A stretch of DNA of 64,000 nt from Elusimicrobiota bacterium (GCA_041694815.1 JBGFSC010000005.1:1-64000), one strand, 5' to 3'. Positions 29,483 to 40,586 are shown, numbered from the stretch's first letter. The notes: generated from the sequence alone by a model not told the origin. Numbers and translations are program-made.

Positions 29483-30235
29483 ATGAGCCTAGCGCGCCTA
29501 GCGTTGATCCTTTGGACGGCCGCGCTGTTTTCCGCCGGTCGCGCCGATGCGGCTGGTCCGGAGGAAGGGAGCTTCAAGAAGCTCTTTGCGCACGAGCTCG
29601 ATTGGCAGGTCTATCAACGCCTTTCCCAGGACCCGGCGAAAGCGCCGCTCAAGACGGGTTTCGACAACGACTGGTCGCGTTACGCCGACAACCCTCTTGA
29701 GGAGAAGGGGCGCCCCGCCTTCGTGGAGACCTGGAGGAAAAAATTCCAGTCCTTGGCCGCGGAGTACATGGCCACCGACGAGATGACCGATTCCAAGCGC
29801 GCCGAGTGGCAGAAATACGTGGACCTTCCCCCTCCAACGCCGATCGAGCTCATGGTCAGCGGCAAGCAGGCCTTGGAAATGGCCGGCCTGCAGAAGCCGC
29901 CGGAAGTAGCCCCTCCGGACGGAGGTGCTGCCAAAGCTGCCGCGCGAGGGCCGGTGCTCGCCGAGAGGCCCAAGCCCGCGCCAGGATTTTCCGTCGACAC
30001 CCCGCCCACTCCGGGCGAGGATAAGGGAGAAAAGAGCAAGACGCCGCAGTTGAGAATTAAGCTTTACGAATCCATTAGGAATTGGGGAGTCTGGGTCGGT
30101 ACCGGCTTCATATTCGGTGCCGTCATGAATTCCGGCATGGGCGGCGCCCTGGTGCTCGGGATGCCCTGGCTTCTCGCCGGGGTCCTCGCGGGCTGCGCCC
30201 TCGGCCTTCTCGTGAAGGCCACGACCAAGGACTAA
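29483..30235 (+). CDS. Hypothetical secreted/membrane protein with C-terminal Gly-rich TM pair
   Basis: Signal peptide, Pro-rich linker, hydrophobic Gly-rich C-terminus. Confidence 0.8.
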   Translation: MSLARLALILWTAALFSAGRADAAGPEEGSFKKLFAHELDWQVYQRLSQDPAKAPLKTGFDNDWSRYADNPLEEKGRPAFVETWRKKFQSLAAEYMATDEMTDSKRAEWQKYVDLPPPTPIELMVSGKQALEMAGLQKPPEVAPPDGGAAKAAARGPVLAERPKPAPGFSVDTPPTPGEDKGEKSKTPQLRIKLYESIRNWGVWVGTGFIFGAVMNSGMGGALVLGMPWLLAGVLAGCALGLLVKATTKD

Positions 30236-30237
30236 TC

Positions 30238-30278
30238 TAGGCCCTTCGTCCCATTTCCCCGTTAGGTCCGAAGGCGCT
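30238..30278. promoter_or_regulatory. Pair of 16-bp palindromic boxes
   Basis: TAGGCC-CTTC-GTCCCA (30238) and TAGGTC-CGAA-GGCGCT (30263). Confidence 0.5.
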
Positions 30279-30312
30279 TGGCAAATTCCAAAGCTCCGGC
30301 TACAAATAAGGC

Positions 30313-30768
30313 ATGAGAAAAGCACTGTTCTTCACCTTTCTATTTTTAGGGGTGGGTCTCGCGCACGGCAAAGAGGATTTTTCCCACTTGAAAGACATGG
30401 CGCAAGATATCGCGTCTTCCCCGGAAGAGGGGCTAAGCAGCGCCTTCGATCGCGGATCGAAGCGCTCCCAGGGCATCACCCTTGGCTCGGCTCGCCGGCG
30501 CGGCTCCGTGAACGCGGCCGCGCCGTTACAGAAGGCTCAAAAGCCGGTCGGCATCCCGGTCGGGGGCTCGGGCGACGACGAGGAGGAGGAAAAGGCCCGG
30601 AATCTGGTGGAAAAAAAGATCGGGATGTCGGCCGTGGCCTTCATGGTGGGGACGCTGATCGGAACAGCCGCCACGAACAGCTTTATCATCGGGGGAGTTC
30701 TCGGACTGGCGGCGGCGATACTGAGCTGGGTGACGTTCGATTCCGTATTTACGAAGCCGGCCGACTGA
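30313..30768 (+). CDS. Hypothetical secreted/membrane protein with C-terminal Gly-rich TM pair
   Basis: Signal peptide MRKALFFTFLFLGVGLAHG; C-terminal GTLIG...GGVLG helices. Confidence 0.8.
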   Translation: MRKALFFTFLFLGVGLAHGKEDFSHLKDMAQDIASSPEEGLSSAFDRGSKRSQGITLGSARRRGSVNAAAPLQKAQKPVGIPVGGSGDDEEEEKARNLVEKKIGMSAVAFMVGTLIGTAATNSFIIGGVLGLAAAILSWVTFDSVFTKPAD

Positions 30769-31819
30769 TCCGCCGGCCCTGCGCGTCGAAGAAATAAAAG
30801 GCCCCGGGCTCGAAGCGGAGTCGGACCTGGCTTTTTAGGGCGAGCCCCGTTTTCCCTTGTATGCGGCATAAGAGCCGCTCCTGCCCCAAGGAAAGCTCCG
30901 CCCAAGTTTCGGCGCCCATCGGCTCGATCAGCTCGAGGCGCCCGCATATCCCCTCTCCGGCGTAGGCCTCCAGCAGGATATGCTCGGGCCTAAGTCCCAC
31001 GGTTACGCGGGAAGGCAGCGCCGCCTTCATCGAATCGGGTAATGGCCACAACTGGGAGCCGATTCGCAGTCCCGAGCCCTCGACGACGGCTTCCAAGGTG
31101 TTCATTGGGGGCTTGCCGATGAACTGCCCGACGAATAGGTTGGCCGGGTTTTCGTACACCTCCATGGGAGTCCCCACCTGCTGCGGGGCTCCTCCCTTGA
31201 GGATGACCATGCGGTCGGACAAGGACATGGCCTCCTCTTGATCATGGGTGACGTAGAGCGTGGTCACCGGGAAATCCTGGTGGAGTTTTTTGAGCTCCAT
31301 GCGCATCTGCGCCCTGAGCTTGGCGTCAAGGTTCGAGAGCGGCTCGTCCATCAGGAATACCCGGGGCTGGCGAACCAGGGCGCGGCCCAACGCCACCCGC
31401 TGCTGCTGGCCCCCGCTGAGCTGCGCGGGCCGCGACTCAAGCGCCTGCGAGAGCCCCATCAATTCCGCCATGCGCTCGACGCGGCTACGGATCTCGTCCT
31501 TGGGCAGGCCGCGCACAAGTAGGGGAAAGGCGATGTTCTCGCGCACCGTCTTATGGGGATAAAGGGCATAGTTCTGGAACACCATGGCCACGTCCCTTTC
31601 GCGCGGGCCCAGCGCCCCGACGGGCCGGCCGTCGAAAAAAATCTCGCCGACGCTGGCTTCCTCCAGCCCCGCGATAAGGTTGAGCAAGGTGGTCTTGCCG
31701 CAGCCCGAGGGGCCGACCAGGCAAAAGAACTCCCCGTCTTCGATCGTCAGCTCGAGCCCGGACAAAACGGAGTTCCTCGCGAAGGCCTTGCCCAGGCCGC
31801 GGACCTCGATCTTGGCCAT
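30749..31819 (-). CDS. Sugar ABC transporter ATP-binding protein (MalK-like)
   Basis: GPSGCGKTT, VFQNYALYPH, LSGGQQQR, MDEPLSNLDAKLR; start MAKIEV at 31819. Confidence 0.95.
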   Translation of the reverse strand: MAKIEVRGLGKAFARNSVLSGLELTIEDGEFFCLVGPSGCGKTTLLNLIAGLEEASVGEIFFDGRPVGALGPRERDVAMVFQNYALYPHKTVRENIAFPLLVRGLPKDEIRSRVERMAELMGLSQALESRPAQLSGGQQQRVALGRALVRQPRVFLMDEPLSNLDAKLRAQMRMELKKLHQDFPVTTLYVTHDQEEAMSLSDRMVILKGGAPQQVGTPMEVYENPANLFVGQFIGKPPMNTLEAVVEGSGLRIGSQLWPLPDSMKAALPSRVTVGLRPEHILLEAYAGEGICGRLELIEPMGAETWAELSLGQERLLCRIQGKTGLALKSQVRLRFEPGAFYFFDAQGRRISRPAS

Positions 31820-32637
31820 TACCCCTTCACCGCTCCCTGCGTCAAGCCGGCCACGATACCCCGTTGGAACAGACAGGCGAGTAGGATCACGGGAAGGCAG
31901 ACGAGCACCGAGGCCGCGGCGATGTCGCCGAATGGCGTCTCGTGAAGGCCCTGGAATAAGGCGACTCCCACCGGGACGGTCCTGGAGGCGTCGGTCGTCG
32001 TGAAGGTCAGCGCCATTAGGAACTCGTTCCAGGAAAAGATGAAGTTCAAGATGGCGCAGGCGGCGATGCCCCCCTTGGAAAGCGGCAGATGGATGCTCCA
32101 AAAGGTCTGCCAGGCGCTAAGCCCGTCGACGCGCGCGGCGTGGAAAAGCTCGCGCGGGATCTCCTTGAAAAAATGCGTCAGGGTCCACAGCGTCAGGGGC
32201 AGGGTGAAGGTTGTATGCGTCAGGACCAGGGCCGCCCAGCTGTCGCGCAGGCCTAAGGCGCGCACCAGCAAAAACAGAGGGGCGAGCAGGGCCACGGCCG
32301 GCAGCATCGAAACGCTCAGCGTCAAGCCGAGCACGAGGCCTTTGCCACGGGCCGGCAGTTGGGCCAAGGCGAAAGCGGCGAAGCCGCCGGCGAGCAAGCT
32401 AGCCAAGGTGGTGGCCGCCCCCACGCCGAGGCTGTTGACGACCAGGCGCAGGAAGGTCGGGTCGGCGAGCACCGCCCGGTAATGCGCCAAGGTCGGACGC
32501 GGGGGCAACAGGGGCGGAAGCCGCGCGAGATACTCGTCGGGCCTCAAGGAGGTCTGCACCTGCCAAAGGAAGGGGGCCAGCGACCAAAGGGCGAAGAGTG
32601 CGGCGACCCAAACCCCGAGCACTCGGCCAATGTTCAT
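31819..32637 (-). CDS. Sugar ABC transporter permease (MalG-like)
   Basis: IPRELFHAARVDG EAA loop, FIFSWNEFL, GLTQGAVKG end. Confidence 0.93.
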   Translation of the reverse strand: MNIGRVLGVWVAALFALWSLAPFLWQVQTSLRPDEYLARLPPLLPPRPTLAHYRAVLADPTFLRLVVNSLGVGAATTLASLLAGGFAAFALAQLPARGKGLVLGLTLSVSMLPAVALLAPLFLLVRALGLRDSWAALVLTHTTFTLPLTLWTLTHFFKEIPRELFHAARVDGLSAWQTFWSIHLPLSKGGIAACAILNFIFSWNEFLMALTFTTTDASRTVPVGVALFQGLHETPFGDIAAASVLVCLPVILLACLFQRGIVAGLTQGAVKG

Positions 32638-33506
32638 GCCGAAGACGGGCGGAGGCGGCCCATGCATAAGAGGAAAAGGGCGCTGACGGCGGCCGACAGT
32701 AGTAGAACCGCGATCCCCACGGCGGAGCCGTAGCCGAATTCTAGGCTTTGGAAAAGCTTTTTATAGGCGAAGACCGAGAGCGTCTCCGTGCTCCCGGCGG
32801 GCCCTCCCCCGGTCAGGACATAGACGACGTCGAAGACGCGGATGGAATCGAGGCTCCTAAAGAGCAGCGCCACCAGGGCCATCGGCTTGAGCTGCGGCCA
32901 GGTGACATGAAGGAAGGTCGTCCAAGCCCCCGCTCCGTCGACGGCCGCGGCGCGATAGAGGGGTTGGGGGATGGACTTTAACCCCGCCAGCAGCAACAGG
33001 GTCATGAAGGGCGTCGTCTTCCAAATCTCGGCCAGCATCGCGGCGGGCAGCACCAGGCGCACATCCGCGGTCCATACCACCGGCTCGGCGATCACCCCCA
33101 GGCGCAGCAACAGGTAATTGAGCAGACCGAAATTCCCGTTGTAGATCCACTCCCAGATCCGCGCCGAGACCGTCGTCGGGACGATCCAGGGGATGAGCAG
33201 GACGGCGAGAATCCAGCGATGACCGCGGAAATCCCGGCGCAGGGCGAGGGCGCAGGCCAGCCCCAAGGCGAACTCGACGGCGACGGAGACGAGGGTGAAA
33301 GAGAGCGTCACGGCGGCGCTGCGCAAGAAGCGGGGGTTCTGCGCCAGATGGACGTAATTGGCCAAACCCACGTACTCGTTGACGCCGAAGATCGGGAAAC
33401 GGCGGTGCAGGCTCATCCAAAAGGTCACGACTATCGGGAATACGGCCGTCGCCGCGATCAGCAGCAAGGCCGGCCCCAGCCACAGGGTCGCCGTGGAGCG
33501 CCTCAT
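32634..33506 (-). CDS. Sugar ABC transporter permease (MalF-like)
   Basis: YVGLANY, IWKTTPF, LYRAAAVDGA, LTGGGPAGSTE. Confidence 0.93.
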   Translation of the reverse strand: MRRSTATLWLGPALLLIAATAVFPIVVTFWMSLHRRFPIFGVNEYVGLANYVHLAQNPRFLRSAAVTLSFTLVSVAVEFALGLACALALRRDFRGHRWILAVLLIPWIVPTTVSARIWEWIYNGNFGLLNYLLLRLGVIAEPVVWTADVRLVLPAAMLAEIWKTTPFMTLLLLAGLKSIPQPLYRAAAVDGAGAWTTFLHVTWPQLKPMALVALLFRSLDSIRVFDVVYVLTGGGPAGSTETLSVFAYKKLFQSLEFGYGSAVGIAVLLLSAAVSALFLLCMGRLRPSSA

Positions 33507-34783
33507 CGCCAGCGCCCCAATATGGGTTTGGCCTGTATCTCGATGTCGACGATGGCCTGCTTCGGCGTCTTGATCCTCACCAAGGCGGCGGAGATCTCCG
33601 TCTGGAATATTTCGGACAGGCTCATATAGAACGGCGAGACGGGCCGGGGCCGCGCGTTCGACAAGATCTTCTCGAATAGCGACAAATGCGGATGGCGCGA
33701 GAGCAGGTCCTGGTCGCGGTAGAGCGCCGAGCGAGTCGGGAGGTAGCTCAAGCGCTCGTAGAGCAACTTCTGCACGGCGAAGGAAGTGAAATATTCCGCG
33801 AACAAGAAGGCTTCCTGCGGGTGCTTGGAATGTCGATTGACCCCGAGGTACCACCCCCCCAACGTGCTGACGCTGGGCTGGCCCGGGAAGCGCGGCAGGG
33901 GAGCCAACCCCACCTTCTGGCGGATGCTGGCGTCCGACTTATTGAAAATGCCGAGAACGTAGGGCCAATTGCGCAGGAACAAGGCGTTACCCTCGCTGAA
34001 GACATGGCGGGCGACCTCCTCGTCGGCCGCTAGAACGAGCTTCGGGGAAACCTTGTGGAGGTATACCAGGTCCACCATGAGCTGCAAGGCCTCCTCGGCC
34101 CGCCCGCGGTCCATCACCCAGCTCCCGTTCTCGCCTACGACCTGCACCCCGTTGGACCCGAAGAACTCCATCGCGTCGCACATCAAGCCCTCGTATTGCT
34201 TGCCCTGCCAGAGGAAACCGGACAAGTTCGGATTGTTCTCGCCGCGGAGCACGGTCTGGGCGGCATGGATGAGCTCCGGCCATGTCTGAGGCACGCCGAG
34301 CCCGTACTTGGCTAGGAGGTCCTTGCGGTAATAGAGCAGCCCCGCGTCGGTGAACCAGGGCACGCCGTAAATGCCTCCCTGGAAGGTCGCCGCGCGGATG
34401 GTCGCGGGAAGAAATTTGGCCTGCTTGTCGGCCGAGAACCAGGGCGAGAGGTCCATTAGCCATCCCGCCCGGGCGAACTCGGCGATCCAAATGATGTCGA
34501 GGCCCATCACGTCGATAGCGTCGCTCTTGCCTTCGAGATTGATAGCGTAGAGCTGATGCTGCTGGCCGGAATCCCAGGGCATCACCTCCTCGGCGACATG
34601 GATGGAGGGGTGCTCGCGCTCGAAGCCCTCGATCACCTGGTGGAAAAAGGCCTCGAACCCGCTGACCCTCCCATGCCGGAACACGATCGTCACCCGGTCG
34701 GAGGGTCGCGAGGGCAATGTTTCTTTCGGCTTACCGCAGGCGGACGGTAGCAGGAAAAGGAGAAGGACGGCGCGCCGAATCAT
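33503..34783 (-). CDS. Sugar ABC transporter substrate-binding lipoprotein (trehalose/maltose type)
   Basis: Lipobox PSAC, DIIWIAEFA, FTDAGLLYYRKDLL, QYEGL, FLRNWPY, TLGGW. Confidence 0.9.
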   Translation of the reverse strand: MIRRAVLLLFLLPSACGKPKETLPSRPSDRVTIVFRHGRVSGFEAFFHQVIEGFEREHPSIHVAEEVMPWDSGQQHQLYAINLEGKSDAIDVMGLDIIWIAEFARAGWLMDLSPWFSADKQAKFLPATIRAATFQGGIYGVPWFTDAGLLYYRKDLLAKYGLGVPQTWPELIHAAQTVLRGENNPNLSGFLWQGKQYEGLMCDAMEFFGSNGVQVVGENGSWVMDRGRAEEALQLMVDLVYLHKVSPKLVLAADEEVARHVFSEGNALFLRNWPYVLGIFNKSDASIRQKVGLAPLPRFPGQPSVSTLGGWYLGVNRHSKHPQEAFLFAEYFTSFAVQKLLYERLSYLPTRSALYRDQDLLSRHPHLSLFEKILSNARPRPVSPFYMSLSEIFQTEISAALVRIKTPKQAIVDIEIQAKPILGRWR

Positions 34784-35238
34784 GCCCGGCGTTCCTCTTT
34801 GCCAAGCATCCACGCCAGGCTCAGCGCGCCGACGGAAATGCACGAATCGGCGATATTGAACACCGGCCAGACCCTCAGGTCGATGAAATCGATGACATGC
34901 CCGAACGCCAGCCGATCATAGAGATTGCCCAGCGCCCCGGCGATGACCAGAGCGACCGCATAGCGGGAGCCGGACCGCGCGGAGCACCAGCGGCGCCGGG
35001 CGACGAGCAGGCCCCCCAACAACACGATCGAGAGGGCGATGAAAAAGGCGTTGGAGTCCTGCAGCACGCCGAAGGCCGCGCCCGTATTCTCCACATAGGT
35101 GAGCCTCAAAAACGGAAATATCTCGATGAAGGAGCGCGGGGCCAGGAAGCGCTGGGCCCAGGACTTGCTCCAGCGGTCGGCGAGCAGGATCGCGCCGATC
35201 AGAGCCCCTTCCATCACGCCTTGAGTTGAGACACGCAT
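34780..35238 (-). CDS. lspA: Lipoprotein signal peptidase II
   Basis: [27 protein letters not shown]; follows ileS; start may be 35217/35214. Confidence 0.95.
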   Translation of the reverse strand: MRVSTQGVMEGALIGAILLADRWSKSWAQRFLAPRSFIEIFPFLRLTYVENTGAAFGVLQDSNAFFIALSIVLLGGLLVARRRWCSARSGSRYAVALVIAGALGNLYDRLAFGHVIDFIDLRVWPVFNIADSCISVGALSLAWMLGKEERRA

Positions 35239-38027
35239 CGCGCGCAGAGGTCGGGGCGCTTAGGGTCTGCGCCGATACTCGTCTGGAAGCGCCAACAACG
35301 GGCGCACTTGGAGCCTTCGGCCTTGGTGACCTCGATGCTGAGCCGACCGTTTCCCTCCTTGACCTCCACCTGGGAGACCAGGAGTATCTCCTCCCAGTTC
35401 CCGCGGTACTCGCCGAGCCACGGCGCGTCCGCTCCGGCGGCTAGGATCACCTTCGCCTGCAGGGAGCTACCCAGGGCTCCCGCGGCGCGTTGGGCCTCGA
35501 TGCGCTTGTTGACCTCCTCGCGTATGGAGAGCACCGAACGCCACCGCTGCCCCAGCCGCTCGTCCGTCCAACGCGCCTCGGCCCGCGCGCCGTCGGCGAG
35601 GAACACGCTCTCGGCAATAGGGTGCTTGGAGCCCAACGACGAAAGCATCCGGCGCATTTCCTGCCAGGCCTCCTCGGCGGTGAAGGAAAGGATCGGCGCG
35701 GCCAGGACCAAGAGCCGCTCGAGCGTCCAGTACATCGCCGTCTGCGCCGCGCGCCGCTGCGGGTTCTCGCGAGCGAGGGTATAGAGCTTGTCCTTGCAGG
35801 CGTCCAGGTAAAAGGCCGAGAGCTCGAGGTTGCAGAAATCGACGAGGCCGCGCGCCGCGTCCCGGAAGCGGAACCCCTCGTAGGCTTCGGCCGTTTGCTT
35901 GATGACCAACGACAGGCGGTGCAGGATGTAGCGGTCCATCTCCCCGAGAGACTCCAGCGGGACGGCGTGCCTAGCCGGGTCGAAGTCGCAGACGTTTCCC
36001 AAGAGGTAGCGGAAAGTGTTGCGCGCCTTACGGTAGGCCTCGGAGGGGACCTCCAGCAGCTTCGGCGAAAGCCTCACGTCGTCGGAATAGTCGGCGAGGG
36101 CCACCCAAAGCCTCAGAACGTCGGCCCCCAGTTTGTCCGTGACTTCCTGCGGAGCGACGACGTTGCCTAGGGACTTGTGCATCGCGCGGCCCTGGTCGTC
36201 TAGCACGAAGCCATGGGTCAAGACCCCCTTATAGGGGGCCTTGCCGGCCAGCGCGACGGAGGTGACCAGCGAGCTCTGGAACCAACCGCGGTGCTGGTCC
36301 GAGCCTTCCAAGTACAGGTCGCAGGGCGACTGCCCTTCGCCTAGGACCGCCAGCCAGGACGCTCCCGAGTCCATCCACACGTCGAGGATGTCATCTTCGC
36401 GCCGGAACGCCTCCCCACCGCATCGGGCGCATGATTTGGGATCGATGAAGCCCCAGGATAGCTCATCCTCCTTCGCGCCGCCCAAACGCACGTTTTTGCC
36501 GGGCGACTCGAACCAAAAATCCGAGCCCTCCCGGGCGACGCGTTTTTCGATCGATTCGATCACCGAGTCGTCGTTGAGGAACTCGCCGCACGCCGCGCAG
36601 AAGAGCGCCGGGATGGGAGTGCCCCAGACCCTCTGGCGCGAAAGGCACCAATCGGGCCGCCCCTCGACCATCGCCGATATCCGCGCCTGCCCCTCGGGAG
36701 GGACCCAGCGGACCCGAGAGATCGCCTCGAGCAGCTTTTGGCGCAGCCCGCCGCGCTCGACGCTCAAGAACCACTGCTCCGTCGCGCGGAAGACGATCGG
36801 ATTCTTGCAGCGCCAGCAGTGAGGGTAGCTGTGTTGCAATTGGGATTCGCATAACAGCAGCTCGCGTCGACGCAGCGAGTCCAGTACCGCGGGGTTGCCC
36901 TCTTTAAACACCTGCATCCCCTGCAACGGCCCGACCTCGGCGCCAAAACGCCCGGATGCGTCGACGGGGCAAAAGATTTTGAGCTGATATCGCTGGCCCG
37001 CGTAAAAATCATCGGCGCCGTGACCGGGAGCGGAATGGACAATGCCGGTGCCGTCCTCGGCGCTGACGAAATCCGCCAATAAGCCGACGCCGATTCCCCC
37101 GAAAGGCTTCTCGTACTCGAAACGCACCGCCTCTTTCGGGGCCGATGCGAGTTCACGCCCGAGCCAGGAACGGATCTCGCGAAAGCCCTTCGCTCCGAGC
37201 GCGCCGGCCACCGCCTGCAGCCGTTGCCCCGCGACGAGGAACCGGCGCGCACCCGCGGCTAATTCGAAATCGGCCAGCACGTATCGGAGCTCCGGATGGA
37301 AGGCGACGGCCATGTTGGCCGGCAAGGTCCACGGCGTCGTCGTCCAGATCAGCACCTCGGCGGGATCATTCCCGACCCAATTCTTGATTGGAAAAGCGAC
37401 GTAGATCGAGGGTGAGGTTTTGTCTTTATACTCGACCTCGGCCTCGGCCAAGGCGGTCTCGCAATGGATGCACCAATATACCGGCTTGAGGCCGCGGTAG
37501 ATGTAGCCTGCCTTCAGCAGCGACCGGAAGGCGCCGATAACCCGGGACTCATACTCCGGAGACATCGTCGTGTAGGGATGGTCCCAGTCACCGAACACGC
37601 CCAGGCGGCGGAACTCCTCTTTCTGTATCTCGATGAATTTGGCGGCGAAGGCGGCCGCCTTGCGCCTAAATCCCACCGGATCGGTGATCGAGCGCTTGTC
37701 GGTCTTCATCTCCTTGAGCAGGGCGAGCTCGATGGGCAGGCCGTGGCAGTCCCATCCCGGCACGTAGGGGGCGCGCCGTCCGGACAAGGCGCGGGACTTG
37801 ACCGTCATGTCCTTGAGAATCTTATTGAGCGCGTGCCCGATATGGATATGCCCGTTAGCATAGGGCGGACCGTCGTGGAGGACGAATCCCTTTTCCCCCC
37901 TCTGCATCCTCCGGTAAACGTCCTTCTCCCGCCAGAACTCGAGCCATTGGGGCTCCCGCTTGGGCAATTCCCCGCGCATGGGAAACTGAGTCTTGGGAAG
38001 GTGTACGGTGCTGGAGTAATCAGCCAT
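35214..38027 (-). CDS. ileS: Isoleucine--tRNA ligase
   Basis: [40 protein letters not shown]-terminal zinc finger. Confidence 0.98.
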   Translation of the reverse strand: MADYSSTVHLPKTQFPMRGELPKREPQWLEFWREKDVYRRMQRGEKGFVLHDGPPYANGHIHIGHALNKILKDMTVKSRALSGRRAPYVPGWDCHGLPIELALLKEMKTDKRSITDPVGFRRKAAAFAAKFIEIQKEEFRRLGVFGDWDHPYTTMSPEYESRVIGAFRSLLKAGYIYRGLKPVYWCIHCETALAEAEVEYKDKTSPSIYVAFPIKNWVGNDPAEVLIWTTTPWTLPANMAVAFHPELRYVLADFELAAGARRFLVAGQRLQAVAGALGAKGFREIRSWLGRELASAPKEAVRFEYEKPFGGIGVGLLADFVSAEDGTGIVHSAPGHGADDFYAGQRYQLKIFCPVDASGRFGAEVGPLQGMQVFKEGNPAVLDSLRRRELLLCESQLQHSYPHCWRCKNPIVFRATEQWFLSVERGGLRQKLLEAISRVRWVPPEGQARISAMVEGRPDWCLSRQRVWGTPIPALFCAACGEFLNDDSVIESIEKRVAREGSDFWFESPGKNVRLGGAKEDELSWGFIDPKSCARCGGEAFRREDDILDVWMDSGASWLAVLGEGQSPCDLYLEGSDQHRGWFQSSLVTSVALAGKAPYKGVLTHGFVLDDQGRAMHKSLGNVVAPQEVTDKLGADVLRLWVALADYSDDVRLSPKLLEVPSEAYRKARNTFRYLLGNVCDFDPARHAVPLESLGEMDRYILHRLSLVIKQTAEAYEGFRFRDAARGLVDFCNLELSAFYLDACKDKLYTLARENPQRRAAQTAMYWTLERLLVLAAPILSFTAEEAWQEMRRMLSSLGSKHPIAESVFLADGARAEARWTDERLGQRWRSVLSIREEVNKRIEAQRAAGALGSSLQAKVILAAGADAPWLGEYRGNWEEILLVSQVEVKEGNGRLSIEVTKAEGSKCARCWRFQTSIGADPKRPDLCARCVSQLKA

Positions 38028-38038
38028 GAAGAGAGGGA

Positions 38039-39178
38039 TCAGTCGGCCAAGAGATGCCGACTGATGATGAGCTCCTGGATCTGGCTGGAGCCCTCCCCGA
38101 TCTGGTAGAGCTTCGCGTCCCGGAAATAACGCTGGACGGGATTGCGCATCAGGGCGCCGTGGGGCCCGAAAAGATCGAGAATCAAGGTGGGCGCCTTCAT
38201 CGCCAGGTCCCCGCTCATGAGCTTGGCCATGGAGGCTTCCTTCGAGTAGCGCTCGCCGTTGTCAACGAGCAACGCCGCGCGCAGCGTCAACAGGCGCGCG
38301 GCGTCGATCTCGGTGGCGATGTCCGCCAAGAGCTTCTGCGCCCCCGTGAGCCCGGGATTATCGGGGCGGATCTTGAACTGGTGCTTTCTCGGCTTGACCC
38401 AGCGGATTCCCTCCTCGAGAGCCCCGCGCGCGATGCCCACGGCCACGCCCGAGATGCCGACGCGGCCGCCGTCCAAGACGCGCATGACATCGCCGAAGGC
38501 GCGGCCCGGCTCGCCCAGGACATGCTCGGGGCCCAGGCGCACGCCGCTTAAGTGCAGCTGCGCCGTGTCCGAGCCGCGGATGCCCATTTTTTTCTCTTTC
38601 TTTCCGACCTCCAGGCCCGGCGTCCCCTTATCGCAGACGAAGGCCGTCAACGCCTTCTCCCCTGTCCGAGCCATGATCACGTAGACCCCGGCCACGGAGC
38701 CCTGGGTGGTGAAGGTTTTCGAGCCATTGAGCACCCATCGGCCACCCTCGAAGACGGCCGTGGTCTTGATGGAGGCGGCGTCCGAGCCCGCCCCAGGCTC
38801 GGTCAGGGCCCAGGCGCCGAGCACCTCTCCCCGCGCCAGGCGAGACAGATACTTCTGCTTTTGCGCCTCGTTGCCCGTCAGGAAGATGTGGCCGGAGCAG
38901 AGGGAATTGTGCGACTCGACGGTCAGCGCCAGCGAAGCGTCGGCCCGGCCCAACTCCTCGAGGATGAGGCAGTAGCTGACCGTATCGAGCTCCTGGCCGC
39001 CGTACTTCTTGGGGAAAAAGATGCCGAACAGGCCCAATTTCTTGGCGCCCTCCACGAAATCCCAAGGGAATTGCTCCTTGATATCGTACTCATGCGCTCG
39101 GGGCAGCACCTCCCGCTCGCAGAATTCCCTGACTTTCCTTTGGATTTCGAGGTGATGGGGCTTTAATTTGAAGTCCAT
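38039..39178 (-). CDS. Acyl-CoA dehydrogenase
   Basis: [38 protein letters not shown]. Confidence 0.95.
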   Translation of the reverse strand: MDFKLKPHHLEIQRKVREFCEREVLPRAHEYDIKEQFPWDFVEGAKKLGLFGIFFPKKYGGQELDTVSYCLILEELGRADASLALTVESHNSLCSGHIFLTGNEAQKQKYLSRLARGEVLGAWALTEPGAGSDAASIKTTAVFEGGRWVLNGSKTFTTQGSVAGVYVIMARTGEKALTAFVCDKGTPGLEVGKKEKKMGIRGSDTAQLHLSGVRLGPEHVLGEPGRAFGDVMRVLDGGRVGISGVAVGIARGALEEGIRWVKPRKHQFKIRPDNPGLTGAQKLLADIATEIDAARLLTLRAALLVDNGERYSKEASMAKLMSGDLAMKAPTLILDLFGPHGALMRNPVQRYFRDAKLYQIGEGSSQIQELIISRHLLAD

Positions 39179-39221
39179 CGCCCGTCATCATAACATTTTA
39201 GTCCCCAAGCTCGCCTTTCCA

Positions 39222-39461
39222 TAGAAGCCATCCAAACCTGTCAGGCGCCGTCTACAATCACCGCGAAACTGCATCGAGAGTCGATCTCTCTAAAACGTAA
39301 AGTTTATTTCTTGACGGCGCCTTACGCCTGCAAACTTGGCTTTCGGCCTACGCCCACATCATTCCTCGCTTGCGTACCTTTCGGGTTGCAGGTGCGCCGC
39401 ATTTGTTGCCTTGGCTCGAACCCACGTTTTCGTGTTCCAACAGGTTTTTGGACGGCTTCTA
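39222..39461. mobile_element. MITE/REP-like structured element with terminal inverted repeats and TA flanks
   Basis: TAGAAGCCATCCAAACCTGT ... ACAGGTTTTTGGACGGCTTCTA imperfect inverted repeats; internal stems AGGCGCCGTC/GACGGCGCCT and GCGTACCT/AGGTGCGC. Confidence 0.55.
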
Positions 39462-39476
39462 AGCATAATAATGTTA

Positions 39477-40586
39477 TTACTCGCGCTGGAAGTACGGACC
39501 GCCGAACGCCCTTCGGCCGGCCAGAAGATTATGCGGCCGACAAAACTGCCTGAGCCCCTCGGGTTGGTCCGAGGATCCGCCGAGGGCGTAAGGCAGCTTA
39601 TGATCGAACTCCAACCAGGCCCGACTTTCGCAGCGCACCCCGTCCGATCCAATGAAGACGCATCGGCCGCCATCGCGCTCATGCACCGTTTGCTTAACCG
39701 ACTCCGGGATATACCGCGAACGTTTAAGGCCTTCTCGATTCCCCGTCGTCGGGCGCCGATGCTCGGGCCCGCTTTTGCGGCGGTCCCGATCGTGCCGATC
39801 CAACAACTCGCTAAGCGCCAGACCGATAACGGCGTCTGTTTCCCCGTTAGGGAATCGATGCCGCAATATTTCCTTGGCCCGAGCGATCATGTCTATGGTC
39901 GTTTTACTCGCGGCGAAGCGAAACTCGTATATCTCGGCATTCACCGTGGTCTGTAGAGTCCCGCTTACGTATTGACCGAAAAGATCGGGATCAGCAGAAG
40001 CCTTCGCATCGACCGAAACCTGGCTTAAAGCCGGCAAGAGGGAATCGGGACTACCCAAAGCCGTCGCATCTTCTGACGCACGGCTTATAACCGGCAGAAC
40101 GGCGACCGAAGCAATTTCCGTCAGGGACGGCGCCGCGACTATCCGGATCATATCCCTCGGAGGCTGCTTAGGATTTAAGGCGGCGACAATCCGCTCGACC
40201 TCCTCCTTGCTTTTGCCGGACGCTCTTTGAAGCAGCCGTTGGTGATTTTCCGAAGTCAATAGCGGGGCAAGCATCGTCGCGGCCGATAAGCAAATCTCGC
40301 CTTCGCCTATCATCCGCAACAGCGAACGGAATCGGCGTCCCTTGCGGGCCACAGCGATCCGACGATAAGCCCCGGCCCGCGAGTATTTAAGGATCCGCGT
40401 GCAATATTCAAAGGCCGAAGGGTACCCCTTGCTCTCGGGTAGTTGTCTGCGGTCGAACTCCCCGAGCCGAATGAGCAGGGCTATAAGCGACCGACGCTCG
40501 TTACTTGCGGCCTCGAGCAGTTCCGCGGTCAACCGCTCATCGGTCCAAGCGGCCGTTTCTTTGAACTGCCGTTCGATTTCGTCCAT
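39477..40586 (-). CDS. HNH endonuclease with helical DUF222-like N-terminal domain
   Basis: N-terminal ER......L..L.EFDRR....GY.S.F.YC...L.YS...AYRRI.VAR; C-terminal SRYIP..VK..V.ERDGGRC......RC.S...LEFDH..P.A.GG......L...CRPHN; ATG 40586 with GGAGG SD. Confidence 0.88.
   Translation of the reverse strand: MDEIERQFKETAAWTDERLTAELLEAASNERRSLIALLIRLGEFDRRQLPESKGYPSAFEYCTRILKYSRAGAYRRIAVARKGRRFRSLLRMIGEGEICLSAATMLAPLLTSENHQRLLQRASGKSKEEVERIVAALNPKQPPRDMIRIVAAPSLTEIASVAVLPVISRASEDATALGSPDSLLPALSQVSVDAKASADPDLFGQYVSGTLQTTVNAEIYEFRFAASKTTIDMIARAKEILRHRFPNGETDAVIGLALSELLDRHDRDRRKSGPEHRRPTTGNREGLKRSRYIPESVKQTVHERDGGRCVFIGSDGVRCESRAWLEFDHKLPYALGGSSDQPEGLRQFCRPHNLLAGRRAFGGPYFQRE

Noticed and set aside
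39477..40586. IscB/Cas9-like or group II intron-encoded nuclease
   Set aside because: No RuvC, PLMP or RT motifs visible; only a helical N-domain and HNH.
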